Shown here: positions 50,100-64,000 of the stretch, piece by piece
Numbering within the stretch: the stretch's first letter is position 1
Layout: every line of letters begins with the position of its first letter
Assembly: GCF_964355755.1 (NCBI RefSeq)
Contig: NC_092672.1
Coordinates: forward strand, 36,276,437-36,340,436
Direction of reading: 5' to 3'
DNA length: 64,000 nucleotides
Source of the DNA: Antedon mediterranea
Lineage: Eukaryota; Animalia; Echinodermata
Made by a program: the position numbers and the translations under genes
The notes under the pieces: model-generated
Databases searched by the model: none
Seen by the model: the letters and a program-made list of their open reading frames with translations, nothing else
Told to the model about the DNA's origin: nothing

Positions 50100-53000
50100 T
50101 TTTTTTGACATAAATGGTTACTATAGTATAATAAACATGCGCAGAGTCGTATAATGGTTCTGCGCATGTCAACTGTGCTATAGTAACCACTTTTGACATA
50201 AATGGTTACTATAGTATAATAAACATGCGCAGATGCGAATAATGGATTCTGCGCATGTCAATTGTGCTATAGTAACCAGTTTTATCGAAAAATAAAAAAG
50301 TCGAAAATTTGCCATTTTTTGAAAAATTCCTGTACTATAGTACAGGGAAATTTACGAAAAATGGCCGATTTTCGACCCTTTTATTTTTTAACATATATGG
50401 TTACTATAGTATAATAAACATGCGCAGAGTCGAATAATTGGTTCTGCGCATGTCAATTGTGCTATAGTAACCACTTTTGACATAAATGGTTACTATAGTA
50501 TAATAAACATGCGCAGATGCGAATAATGGATTCTGCGCATGTCAATTGTGCTATAGTAACTAGTTTTATCGAAAAATAAAAAGGTCGAAAATTTGCCATT
50601 TTTTGAAAAATTCCTTTACTATAGTACAGGGAAATTTACCAAAAATGGCCGATTTTCGACCCTTGTATTTTTTGACATAAATGGTTACTATAGTAAAATA
50701 AACATCCGCAGAGTCGAATAATGGGTTCTGCGCATGTCAATTGTGCTATAGTAACCACTTTTGACATAAATGGTTACTATAGTATAATAAACATCCACAG
50801 ATGCGAATAATGGATTCTGCGCATGTCAATTGTGCTATAGTAACCACTTTTAATTTTCGACCCTTTTATTTTTTGATATAAATGGTTACTATAGTATAAT
50901 AAACATGCGCAGATGCGAATAATGGGTTCTGCGCATGTCAATTGTGCTATAGTAACCAATTTTGACATAAATGGTTACTATAGTATAATAAATATGCGCA
51001 GATGCGAATAATGAGTTCTGCGCATGTTAATTGTGCTATAGTAACCACTTTTATCGAAAAATAAAAAGGTCTAAAATTTGCCATTTTTTTTTTAAATTCC
51101 TGTACTATAGTACAGGGAAATTTACGAAAAATGGCCGATTTTCAACCCTTTTATTTTTTGACATAAATGGTTACTATAGTATAATAAACATGCGCAGAGT
51201 CGAATAATGGGTTCTGCGCATGTCAATTGCTCTATAGTAACCATTTTGACATAAATGGTTACTATAGTATAATAAATATGCGCAGATGCGAATAATGGGT
51301 TATGCGCATATTAATTGTGCTATAGTAACTAGTTTTATCGAAAAATAAAAAGGTCGAAAATTTGCAATTTTTTGAAAAATTCCTGTACAGGGAAATTTTC
51401 GAAAAATGGCCGATTTTCGACCCTTTTATTTTTTGACATAAATGGTTACTATAGTATAATAAATATGCGCAGATGCGAATAATGAGTTCAGCGCATGTCA
51501 ATTGTGCTATAGTAACCAGTTTTATCGAAAAATAAAAAGGTCGAAAATTTGCCATTTTTTGAAAAATTCCTGTACTATAGTACAAGGGAAATGTTCGAAA
51601 AATGGCCGATTTTCGACCCTTTTATTTTTTGACATAAATGGTTACTATAGTATAATAAACATGCGCAGAGTCGAATAATGGGTTCTGCGCATGTCAATTG
51701 TGCTATAGTAACCACTTTTGACATAAATGGTTACTATAATATAATAAATATGCGCAGATGCAAATAATGGATTCTGCGCATGTCAATTGTGCTATAGTAA
51801 CCACTTTTGACATAAATGGTTACTATAGTATAATAAACATGCGCAGAGTCGAATAATGGGTTCTGCGCATGTCAATTGTGCTATAGTAACTACTTTTGAC
51901 ATAAATGGTTACTATAGTATAATAAACATGCGCAGATGCGAATAATGGATTCTGGGCATGTCAATTGTGCTATAGTAACTAGTTTTATCGAAAAATAAAA
52001 AGGTCGAAAATTTGCAATTTTTTGAAAAATTCTTGTACTATAGTACATCGAAAGTTTCGAAAAATGGCCGATTTTCGACCCTTTTATTTTTTGACATAAA
52101 TGGTTACTATAGTATAATAAACATGCGCAGATGCGAATAATGGATTCTGCGCATGTCAATTGTGCTATAGTAACCACTTTTGACATAAATGGTTACTATA
52201 GTATAATAAACATGCGCAGAGTCGAATAATGGGTTCTGCGCATGTCAATTGTGCTATAGTAACTACTTTTGACATAAATGGTTACTATAGTATAATAAAC
52301 ATGCGCAGATGCGAATAATGGATTCTGGGCATGTCAATTGTGCTATAGTAACTAGTTTTATCGAAAAATAAAAAGGTCGAAAATTTGCCATTTTTTGAAA
52401 AATTCTTGTACTATAGTACAGGGAAATTTTCAAAAAATGGCCGATTTTCGACCCTTTTATTTTTTGACATAAATGGTTACTATAGTATAATAAACATGCG
52501 CAGAGTCGAATAATGGGTTCTGCGCATGTCAATTGTGCTATAGTAACCCCTTTTGACATAAATGGTTACTATTGTATAATAAATATGCGCAGATGCGAAT
52601 AATGAGTTCTGCGCATGTTAATTGTCTTATAGTAACCACTTTTATCGAAAAATAAAAAGGTAAAAAATTTGCCATTTTTTGAAAAATTCCTGTACTATAG
52701 TACAGGGAATTTACCAAAAATGGCCGATTTTCGACCCTTGTATTTTTTGACATAAATGGTTACTATAGTAAAATAAACATCCGCAGAGTCGAATAATGGG
52801 CTCTGCGCATGTCAATTGTGCTATAGTAACCACTTTTGACATAAATGGTTACTATAGTATAATAAACATGTGCAGATGCGAATAATGGATTCTGCGCATG
52901 TCAATTGTGCTATAGTAACTAGTTTTATCGAAAAATAAAAAGGTCGAAAATTTGCCATTTTTTGAAAAATTCCTATACTATAGTACAGGGAAATTTTCGA

Positions 53001-55830
53001 AAAATGGCCGATGCGCTATAGCACAAAAGGGGTTACTATAGCACAGATGCGCATATGCGAATAATGGATTCTGCGCATGTCAACTGTGCTATAGTAACCA
53101 CTTTTATCGAAAAATAAAAAGGTCGAAAATTTGCCATTTTTTGAAAAATTCCTGTACTATAGTACAGGGAAATTTTCGAAAAATGGCCGATTTTCGACCC
53201 TTGTATTTTTTGACATAAATGGTTACTATAGTAAAATAAACATCCGCAGAGTCGAATAATGGGTTCTGCGCATGTCAATTGTGCTATAGTAACCACTTTT
53301 GACATAAATGGTTACTATTGTATAATAAACATCCGCAGATGCGATGCGCATGTCAATTGTGCTATAGTAACCACTTTTAATTTTCGACCCTTGTATTATT
53401 TGACATAAATGGTTACTATAGTAAAATAAACATCCGCAGAGTCGAATAATGGGTTCTGCGCATGTCAATTGTGCTATAGTAACCACTTTTGACATAAATG
53501 GTTACTATAGTATAATAAACATGCGCAGAGTCGAATAATGGGTTCTGCGCATGTCAATTGTGCTATAGTAACCAATTTTGACATAAATGGTTACTATAGT
53601 ATAATAAACATGCGCAGATGCGAATAATGGATTCTGCGCATGTCAATTGTGCTATAGTAACTAGTTTTATCGAAAAATAAAAAGGTCGAAAATTTGCCAT
53701 TTCTTGAAAAAATTCCTGTAATATAGTACAGGGAAATTTTCGAAAAATGGCCGATTTTCGACCCTTTTATTTTTTTATATAAATGGTTACTATAGTATAA
53801 TAAACATGCGCAGAGTCGAATAATGGGTTCTGCGCATGTCAATTGTGCTATAGTAACCAATTTTGACATAAATGGTTACTATAGTATAATAAATATGCGC
53901 AGATGCGAATAATGAGTTCTGCGCATGTTAATTGTGCTATAGTAACTAGTTTTATCAAAAAATAAAAAGGTCGAAAATTTGCCATTTCTTGAAAAAATTC
54001 CTGTAATATAGTACAGGGAAATTTTCGAAAAATGGCCGATTTTCGACCTTTTATTTTTTTATATAAATGGTTACTATAGTATAATAAACATGCGCAGAGT
54101 CGAATAATGGGTTCTACGCATGTCAATTGTGCTATAGTAACCAATTTTGACATAAATGGTTACTATAGTATAATAAATATGCGCAGATGCGAATAATGAG
54201 TTCTGCGCATGTTAATTGTGCTATAGTAACCACTTTTATCGAAAAATAAAAAGGTCTAAAATTTGCCATTTTTTAAAAAATCCCTGTACTATAGTACAGG
54301 GAAATTTACGAAAAATGGCCGATTTTCGACCCTTTTATTTTTTGACATAAATGGTTACTATAGTATAATAAATATGCGCAGAGTCGAATAATGGGTTCTG
54401 CGCATGTCAATTGTTCTATAGTAACCACTTTTGACATAAATGGTTACTATAATATAATAAATATGCGCAGATGCGAATAATGGGTTCTGCGCATATTAAT
54501 TGTGCTATAGTAACTAGTTTTATCGAAAAATAAAAAGGTCGAAAATTTGCCATTTTTTGAAAAATTCCTGTACAAGGAAATTTTCGAAAAATGGCCGATT
54601 TTCGACCCTTTTATTTTTTGACATAAATGGTTACTATAGTATAATAAACATGCGCAGAATCGAATAATGGGTTCTGCGCATGTCAATTGTGCTATAGTAA
54701 CCACTTTTGACATAAATGGTTACTATAGTATAATAAATATGCGCAGATGCGAATAATGAGTTCAGCGCATGTCAATTGTGCTATAGTAACCAGTTTTATC
54801 GAAAAATAAAAAGGTCGAAAATTTGCCATTTTTTGAAAAATTCCTGTACTATAGTACAGGGAAATTTTCGAAAAATGGCCGATTTTCAACCCTTTTATTT
54901 TTTTACATAAATGGTTACTATAGTATAATATACATGCGCAGAGTCGAATAATGGGTTCTGCGCATGTCAATTGTGCTATAGTAACCACTTTTGACATAAA
55001 TGGTTACTATAGTATAATAAACATGCGCAGATGCGAATAATGGATTCTGCGCATGTCAATTGTGCTATAGTAACCACTTTTGACATAAATGGTTACTATA
55101 GTATAATAAACATGCGCAGAGTCGAATAATGGGTTCTGCGCATGTCAATTGTGCTATAGTAACTACTTTTGACATAAATGGTTACTATAGTATAATAAAC
55201 ATGCGCAGATGCGAATAATGGATTCTGGGCATGTCAATTGTGCTATAGTAACCAGTTTTATCGAAAAATAAAAAGGTCGAAAATTTTCCATTTTTTTTTT
55301 AAATTCCTGTACTATAGTACAAGGGAAATTTTCGAAAAATGACCGATTTTCGACCCTTTTATTTTTTGACATAAATGGTTACTATAGTATAATAAACATG
55401 CGCATAGTCGAATAATGGGTTCTGCGCATGTCAATTGTTCTATAGTAACCACTTTTGACATAAATGGTTACTATAGTATAATACATATGCGCAGATGCGA
55501 ATAATGGGTTCTGCGCATGTTAATTGTGCTATAGTAACTAGTTTTATCGAAAAATAAAAAGGTCGAAAATTTGCCATTTTTTGAAAAATTCCTGTACAGG
55601 GAAATTTTCGAAAAATGGCCGATTTTCGACCCTTTTATTTTTTGACATAAATGGTTACTTTAGTATAAAAAACATGCGCAGAGTCGAATAATGGGTTCTG
55701 CGCATGTCAATTGTGCTATAGTAACCACTTTTGACATAAATGGTTACTCTAGTATAATAAATATGCGCAGATGCGAATAATGAGTTCTGCGCATGTTAAT
55801 TGTGCTATAGTAACCAGTTTTATCGAAAAA
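50100..55830. repeat. Tandem array of two palindromic modules, A (~89 bp) and B (~106 bp), in A(n)B order; degenerate flanks 49515-50100 and 56790-56870
   Basis: A: GGTTACTATAG..ACATGCGCAGA..TCTGCGCATGT..CTATAGTAACC. B: AAAAATAAAAAGGTCGAAAAT..GCCATTTTT..CCTGTACTA|TAGTACAGG..AAAAATGGC..ATTTTCGACCCTTTTATTTTT. Confidence 0.95.
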
Positions 55831-55979
55831 TTGTGGGAAATGTGATTCAATGTGATTTCAATTATGAAAGTTACCTATTATGGACAGAAAGTACCCTATT
55901 ATGGACAGAAAAGTAATCTATTATGGACAGATTTCACCAACCCCGCCGCTCCAATTAATATGCACTGATATTGCTATAT

Positions 55980-56790
55980 GTGCACGTATTATCATCTTAT
56001 GATGACAGTGATGAGTCTAATTATCGCAACCAAGTTAAACGAGTTGTAGACTGGTGTTACGAAACAATCTGAAAACAATCTGTTCTTGAATGTATCTAAG
56101 ACTAAAGAAATGGTTGTAGACGTAAATCACTTAATATCAAATATAATATCCAATATTTATTAATGGTATATCAGTTGAGTTTGTAGAAGAATTTAAATTC
56201 TTGGGTATTTATATTTCAAATGATCTGAAGTGGCATATTAACACACGTAACATTATTAGAAAGGCCCAAAGAAGAATCTACTTCCTACGTAGACTTAAAT
56301 CATTTGGTATAAACTCTGAAATAATGTCGTCCTTCTATTGGTCAGTTATAGAGAGTGTCATAACGTATTCTTTAACGGTATGGTTCGGTAGCACTACCGA
56401 AAATGAAAAGCGTGACCTAAATAGGATAGTCAAGACCGCATCGCGTATAATTGGATCTGCACAATTGCCTTTGGAGAACATATTTTCGGATCGTCTTCTG
56501 AAAAAGGCAGTGGCTATCAAAGATGATCAATTTCATCCGGCCTCTAGTATGTTCCAGTTGATGCGCAGCGGTCGGCGATTTCGTTCTATTAAGGCCAATA
56601 AGGCACAAATAGTTTCTTTCCAGGATCTATTAGAGCCTTAAACATAATGTAGACACTTTTTTGTAATGTTTTTGTTTTTGAGTTCATGTTGTGTCAGTTG
56701 GATATTGTGTTCTGACAACAGAGCAAACAGAATTTCTATGTTTTTTCTTAAAACAAATGATAATTAATGATACTTGACTTGACTTGACTT
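55980..56790 (+). mobile_element. 5'-truncated Rex1/Babar-type LINE fragment with (GACTT)n tail
   Basis: LNVSKTKEMVVD..FKFLGIYISNDLKW..KAQRRIYFLRRLK..VIESVITYSLTVWFG..SGRRFRSI; tail ACTTGACTTGACTTGACTT at 56773-56790. Confidence 0.85.
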
Positions 56791-57169
56791 ATTTGTCATG
56801 GGACCACTTTATGTCGAAAAATAAAAAGATCGAAATTTGGTCATTTTTCGACAAAATCCATGTACTATAATTACTCTGTCTCTCCCTGTTTTTTAGATTG
56901 AATAGGCCCAGATATGGCCTACGCAAGTACAGGTATTGCTTATATTTGAACACCAGAGCATAGCGTACAAAGTCCACATGGGTTCTTATTTACAAATGAA
57001 CCGTGTCAGTTTTTTACGCTTACAAATGCATTGCAAAATGAATTCTTAAAGTCTATATTACAACACAATGTTAATGTGGCCATACTGAGAATGAAGATAG
57101 AGCAGACTTCCTCAAGAACGTTGTTAAAATAAATAATATAGAATGATGACGTCATTACATAGATCTATA

Positions 57170-60100
57170 ATGCGGGACCGGTTAGACTCTCTACACAGGG
57201 TAAGACTAATATGCTTATTTGAAGCGGCCCTTGTTCTTTTAGAGGTATGCAGTAGGTCTAGCACCTCTTTTGACGCCGCCCGTCTAGTACCAGTGACGGT
57301 ACATCAATGTAATGTTATTAATAGTCTCAAATACATTATACACCGTATTACTATATTATTAATAATAACATACCGATATTATGAAAGTAGGCCTACAATA
57401 TAGTAAATCAAGTACCTATATAAAATCTTGGCACGGGTCAATGTTTATATCTTGTAGGCCAACGAATAATACATACAATATGTGATTCAGTGTTTATAAT
57501 AAATGTAGTTAAGTTCTAATTCATTTTTTGTTGCTAATTTAACTGGTATTCAGATGGCCGATATGAAGGAGAACAATCACACTTCGTATTTGATCACTGG
57601 TGGTTTCATGGAAGAATTTTTTGAAAGGGTAAGACGAGTTTTATAATTATTGGTTCAGTGAAGATTTAGAATTATCCACAATTCACGTTAGGACAATGAG
57701 TAGATAACGACGCTAAACCATAATGATGGTGAGCTTAAATGATAATGATAAAGTAACATTTTAATGCACTTTTTTCATTGGTAACACAGGTCGACGAAAT
57801 AGCATGCAAAATCGATCAGGTGACTGATTTAATTGAAGCTTTGGAGTGCAATTATAGCACTATATCATCGTCTTCAAAACGAGAACGAGGTTGGTGGATC
57901 TTACATTTATAAAGTACCAGTCTACGACCTTTGTGCACAACATACTATGTCGAATTGTTCACGGTTCTCACAGGACGCAACGCAATAACGTAAGCGCACC
58001 GCAAGTAGTTGACTAACACACGGACGACGCGAGGATCATCATCCAAACTGTCGCTTGTGATTGGGCAAATCACTTGCGTTTCGTCTGTGTCGTTGCGTCC
58101 TAGTGGGACTAACAAACCCATGATTAAAACTACAATTACACGCATCATACAAAACTTGTGTTAGTCACTAATTTGTATGGTAACTTCAAAAAAGTACTAT
58201 ACCGTACATGATCTCATAAACTTTATTTATGTATTTCGTTTGTTGTTGTCATTAACCGACACCTGAATTTATTTGTTTACTTAAAGAATTAGAGCAAATG
58301 GTTGATGAACAGGCTGATGTTATAAAACGGCATTTGAGAGAAGCTAACTTATTATTTAAAGGTAACAGAAATACATTACCTTCTATATTCGGTCGTCAAT
58401 GTTTTTGCATCTTCTGGGGCCCCAGAAATAACATATTATGGTGACGTCTGTTGCTTTTGGAGTCCAAGGCAATTTTTTTTTATGTCGAATAAATGAAAAT
58501 GAAATTAAATCGTTAATTAACGCTTTTTATTTTTGTATTAAAATATTTAGGTATCGAAGTAGAAATCAAAGCTGCTGAAGAAACTTCAAGACATTCCACT
58601 GAACACAGAATAAAACACATGCAGGTAACAACTTAGTTTCCGTTAGCGCAATTTGTCCGTATTCGTGCGCAATCGCAGTATGCAAACAACAGAATGAAAT
58701 ATACAGATAAAAGCGTAGTTGACGACTGACGTCATAATGCAAACAGGTACGCGTAGTAAGCGCTGCCTTAAATACGACCAATGTAAACGCGTACAATTAG
58801 GTCTACACGCAGCGGTTAAGGCAGGTCTACTTGCAAGATTAATATGAACGGTTGTATACACAAATGTTTGCAGAATACGACGTAAACTCGTAGAAGTTAC
58901 TTGAATACCGTTTGGGGTACGCACCTCATCACTATTTTTCATACTCATTTAGCTAAAAATAACATTACACCATTTATTGCAGTACATGTATCTGGAATGG
59001 CGACTGAATAACGCCATGAATGAATTCAATGTCTCACAAAACGAGCAACATGAAAAACTAAAAACAAGACTGAAACGAGAAATTCTAATAAGTAGGTGAC
59101 ATTCTACATTCAGTCTCATCTTTTTACTCAGTTTGTAAATCCCTGTCTACACTAGCAAACTTTATTTGACAAAAAATGTGATGTGCCTATATATGGACAT
59201 GATGATGTCATATCACTACCATATTTGGGCACATCAACTAGTTTGATAGTGAGAAAGATCATAAGATTACTTCAAGTTTTCCATGGGTTCCTTTTTCTTC
59301 CTTTTTCCTTCAGTTCCACAATCTATTGGCAGGGTAGAGTAGATATAAATATAGATACTGATTAAAACTCTGCTACCGAAACAGGTTCCTCCTTAATATT
59401 GACCTAATAATACATTTCTCCAAAAAGACCTAAAATACTAAATAGTATGTGATTATAACTTGAGTTGGGTAAATGAACAAATACACCCATATATTCCATA
59501 TTCTATTCCAACATTTCTGTGAGGGAACAAAGATTAATAAATTTCTTTTATTCTCAGCTGAAGAAAAAGTATCAGATGAACAAATTGACGAAATGATTGA
59601 ACATGGTAACTTTTCAATGTTTACATCAAATGTAAGTTGGAAAAAACATCTTCTTCAAAGTAAATGTTGGTGTGAATATGATATCAGCAGATACCATGTA
59701 CATTTCTAGTGGAACCAACGACTTATGCTACTTTGGTGAACCTATTACAAAGAAATTTTACCGAATTTTAAAAATATCTAATAGGACGGGTCGCAGTCCG
59801 ACACAAATGCAATAGCTATGTTAGTTAGAAAGTTTGGTTGTTATTCACAAACTATATTTTATTTCTATTAGATAATTGTAGAAACAGAGAAAGCGAAACA
59901 AGATTTGGAAATAATTGTAAACCGTCATAACGACATCTTGACGTTAGAAAAGAGAATTACTGAAATACATAGTATGTTTATGGATCTTGCGATACTTGTA
60001 GAAAGTCAGGTAAGAACAAAATAAAAGAATCATTGATGGATAAATGAATAAACAAATTAATAAATGAACTAAAGGCCAATTTTCACAGACGAGCGGTAAC

Positions 60101-60636
60101 GGTAATTTAACAATATATTATAAGTAAATTGGCCTTTCTAAACATAACTAATATAGAAATTCATGCCCTTCCACGCAGTACACTTTTTCCTCTGTGGGGA
60201 AGAGCCGTCGTCTCCATTGCGTTCGCGCACATGCGCAGTTGTGGAAGGGACACATGATGTATCGGAACTGGTTGTATATTCACAGGGGGATATGGTAGAC
60301 AACATTGAACGTAATGTAGTAGAAACCCATGATTACGTAATATCTGGAGGAAAACAACTAAAGGATGCGAGGAATTACAGAGACAAAGCTCGACGGGTAA
60401 TATACAAAGAAATATCTTGGTCCACCTTAAACACTCTAATTCAATCTAGATGTTTTAACACAACAGATACAATTACTCAGTATCAAATATATTTATTCAA
60501 CAAACATATAGTGTAGAAATTATTTGTGTATTTATATTTTAAAATACTTTTTTTTCAGACTAAATTCTACTGTATTGGTTGCTGTTTAATTTTACTGATT
60601 GTTGTTGCTATAGTTCTACTGATAAAGTTCGCTTAA
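57170..60636 (+). CDS. Syntaxin-1-like plasma-membrane Qa-SNARE (~287 aa, 10 coding exons), divergent paralog
   Basis: Exons 57170-57199, 57554-57628, 57790-57889, 58287-58361, 58551-58624, 58983-59091, 59558-59631, 59872-60009, 60286-60396, 60559-60636, all GT-AG and in phase. N-peptide MRDRL, FMEEFF, Habc helices, SNARE motif [37 protein letters not shown], and a C-terminal [19 protein letters not shown]. Confidence 0.92.
57960..58115. mobile_element. Intronic MITE of the GACGCAACGCAA family
   Basis: GGACGCAACGCAA..GTAAGCGC.CCGCAAGTA..CTTGTGATTGG..GTTGCGTCCTAGTGGGA. Related sequence occurs at 31070-31170 and 43665-43820. Confidence 0.6.
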
Positions 60637-62374
60637 AGAAAATTGGAATTTACTAAACGGATCGTCATACATCAAAGCTGAGATAAATTATCAAACTAAA
60701 CCTCAATATTATCATTCGTTAATTACGTCACGAATAGATCATTTGACACGCACGCGTAGCATAGCATGTTTATCATCAGCGTTTAAACGCGCGCGTCGAA
60801 TTGTGTGTTCCTCGTGACATCACTGACGACTTATATCAGATCCATCAAGAGTAGCGAGATGCTAAACTTCTAAGAAACTGCAAATAAAAAGCTTACTGGC
60901 TGAATACACAACTTAAAACCTGAGTACTGCTATAACTATATACATACTAAATATGATTTTTATTTAAAATAAATAGAAGGTGTGAACGTTATTGTCTATC
61001 TTTTTGATCTATTTTGTATTATGGTCGTGGCACGCCGTTTCAATTGATAACTATTTCATTGACATCAAATAGAAATACGTCGGCGGACTCTTTCTAAGCT
61101 GAAAGGGTTTGTTTGATTTTCATGCTTATGGCCACACACTAATCATGATAACAAATAAGAAGAATATATGCATTCAAAGTTCATTTTAACACAAAAAATC
61201 GTTCAACTAATAAAAATATCCTCCCCATTCAACTCATAAACATTCACTATTTGTATGATAAAACAAATTAAGTTCGACAATATAAAATTAAAATCTACTT
61301 TGATATTAAAAAAAAATTTACAAAATGGTAAAATACATAAAGTCACATTACAATATACTTACAATTAAAGATAGCTGTCTGCAACTGTTTATTTTGACAT
61401 AAGCAAACATTAACCTATAAGTACGATACTTTAATGGAATGTAGAATAGATATTTATACAGTGACTATACTATACAGTAATTTGCTGAAGAAGTCCTATA
61501 CACATATATTAGAGTGGTACATTTCGGGAGTTCTTAGACTTTGTTTCCATTCATTGTGTCGGGCGTCATATCTTGACGCACAGTATTTAAATGACGCATA
61601 TTGCAACGAAACCTCTGAACCAAAGCCTCTGAACGCACTGACAAACTCGGAAACGCATCTTCGAACGTAGACTTTCACATGTTTCGTTTTTCAGAGGATT
61701 ATTAGCAGCACAACTAAGACTATTAATCCAATGGCCACAAAACAACAGGCTGCGATGTATATTTTCTTCTGTCAAGACAAACGTAAACAAAATGTTAATT
61801 AAAAGCATGCAAGGAATGGATACTAACTGTTATTAGGACTAATATACTTTGCTTTTATTAATTAATACGATGCCTTTTTTCTGGACATCGGAAATTTAAA
61901 TTCATAATGTATACACACAATTTAAATAACAGGTCAGAATCACGATGGAAATGCTGAATGACATTTAATAAGTAAAGATAGTGCGAGTTTCAAAAGCAGA
62001 TGGTAGTTTGAAATGTGTATTTGTTATTTATAGTATAAAAGCAGAAAAATGTAATAATAAAAAACTTACCATTTTTTATCGTACAGTAATAATTATACAG
62101 TATTATTACTGTAGCCTACACTAAACAAGCGGCAAATAGTGGAAGATGTGGTATAGATCTTCCTTGATAAATACACGCAAACTTGCATTTAACGAATACT
62201 TTGAATAAATTGCGATGGAAATGATAGAAAACAATGGTGATAACAATGATCACAGCGATAAAGATAAATAAAATACGGTTGAAAATTATATAATGGTAAC
62301 AACAAAATACCAAGATACTAAATTCATTCCCCCGCCCTCAAATAAAGTGTTGATGTTGATAAAATATTGATGCA

Positions 62375-62620
62375 AATGATGATGATGATGAAGAATTGAT
62401 GATGTTGATAATGATTATGATCATGATAATGTTGATGATGATAATGTTGATGGTGATGATAATGTTGATGATAATGATGTTGGTAATGTTGATGATAATG
62501 TTGATGATAATGTTGATGGTGATGATAATGATGATGACATTAAATGATGTTGATGATACGTTGGTATCGTCTTGTTAGTGATGTTAGTGATCATGATTAT
62601 GAATTTGATAATGACAACAA
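62375..62620. repeat. (GAT)n / GATGATAATGTT low-complexity microsatellite
   Basis: Read directly from the sequence. Confidence 0.9.
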
Positions 62621-64000
62621 CGGCAATGACAAAAGACAAAAAGTATAAAGCTGATCGCCGATCAAGTAATATAGAAAGAATACTTTAATATCTATATACA
62701 TATCTTAGAAAAGAATTCTACACACAAGTCAAACAAAATCAACTTTACATTATCGTTATAATAAAATAATATCGATTAAAGAAATATAAAATTTACACTC
62801 AAATTGTAACACTTTGACAAGTATAACTAATGCATTTTAGTAAACTATCGGTATTTTATATCTTCAGTGTTGTAGACTAAAGTTTCATTTTATAAAAGAA
62901 TGTTATTGGTATGTAGATGGCGTCAAAACGACAAAAAGACGACATAATTTGTTTAAAAAAATATCAGTTTTGCACCAAGAAAGTAAAAAAAAATTTGAAT
63001 TGAAATCGGGACGTATTAACTATGACATTACCAGATAGGAGTCACCAACGCAGGAATTTATTTTCAGTTACTGTCGATAAGGGGCGCTCTCTAAACACGA
63101 TTTAGTTTATGTCGATCATTAAATTGTACAAATAGGGAACTCTTTCCTGGTAAAACTAATGTTTTAAGTTTCACCAACTAAATCTTTCTGAATTATTATT
63201 CTTTAAACATTTGATAATTTTTTCCTACATTTCCTTTTTACTATTATCATTTGTCTATTTAGTTCAACAATGTATTTTGTACTTTAGTACTGTTGGTTTA
63301 CTTCAGAATAAAATAGAAATAAATATGATGAGTAATTCTAATAGCGTAATAATACTTTTAATTATTAAAAACATACAAAATACATTATTATTATTATTAA
63401 ATATTGGTAGTGTTGCTCGATAATTGAAATTAATCAAAATAATCTTCAATAAAATAGATGAAGACGTCAAGAAATAGAAACAAAGCAACCGGAATAAAAC
63501 CCATCGCAATGTAAAAACTAATATAATTAACTACAATTATAAATTACTGTTGATTAAATAAGAATGGTTTGTGTACATTTCTACATCTTCACCACCCACA
63601 GTTTTTATTAATTAATAATCGTTTGACCTAGGTGACCTCTGATGGCTAGTTTTATGTAACATGTTGTACCAACCTACAATTTGCTAATGTCTATTTAACG
63701 GACTAAAGTGACAATCTGCGGAATCAACTATAAGAAACATCATTATTTATCTTATTCTTCAAAGTTAATGGTTTTCCAACTTTAAAAAAAACTCATATAC
63801 TATTGGTGGATACCATGATTAATGAAATTATTACAATGATCCAAAATAGACATAAAGATTGAAAGAACATTTAACGTACACATGGCGCACCGTGGAATGT
63901 TATGTACACTCAAGTTACTAGTCAAAATATGCAACTAAAATTTAGCAATATATACAGTAAAGGTGTAGCACCAAAGTAGGTCGTTCGTTGGTAACAATGG

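Noticed and set aside
50777-55372. Repeated 'MSKVVTIAQLTCAE' ORFs
   Set aside because: They are by-products of the palindromic array.
5190-55830. CRISPR-like interpretation of either array
   Set aside because: There are no unique spacers or cas genes, and the context is eukaryotic.
62396-62639. Met/Ile-rich and Ser/Thr-rich ORFs
   Set aside because: They are microsatellite translations.

Overview
This is AT-rich, intron-containing animal DNA, probably from a marine invertebrate; it is not prokaryotic. (1) At 1-3505 is a spliced RAG1-related DDE transposase gene of Chapaev type, with 11 visible exons, a RING finger, an NGRP hook, a D-D-E triad, zinc ligands and one frameshift. Its candidate right terminus at 22740-22767 reads on the minus strand as a near-canonical 12-RSS: CACGGTG, 12 bp, ACAAAAAGT. 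(2) A 17.4-kb non-coding foldback element (4873-22300, 9-bp TSD CTTCCCAGG) sits between that gene and the terminus. Its two inverted arms consist of about 75 copies of a 181/190-bp satellite monomer, and a 5'-truncated L2/CR1-group LINE with an open 836-aa ORF has inserted into one arm. (3) The 23-33 kb region is a scrambled mosaic of pieces duplicated from 36-50 kb and 61 kb. It includes decayed paralog fragments of the gene in (4). (4) An uninterrupted 719-aa ORF at 37307-39466 encodes a multipass membrane protein that I cannot assign to a family. (5) A second ~6-kb tandem array (50.1-55.8 kb) is built from two different palindromic modules. (6) A divergent syntaxin-1-like Qa-SNARE gene with 10 coding exons lies at 57170-60636. 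MITEs (some nested), LINE fragments, a tRNA-derived SINE and perfect hairpins fill the rest.
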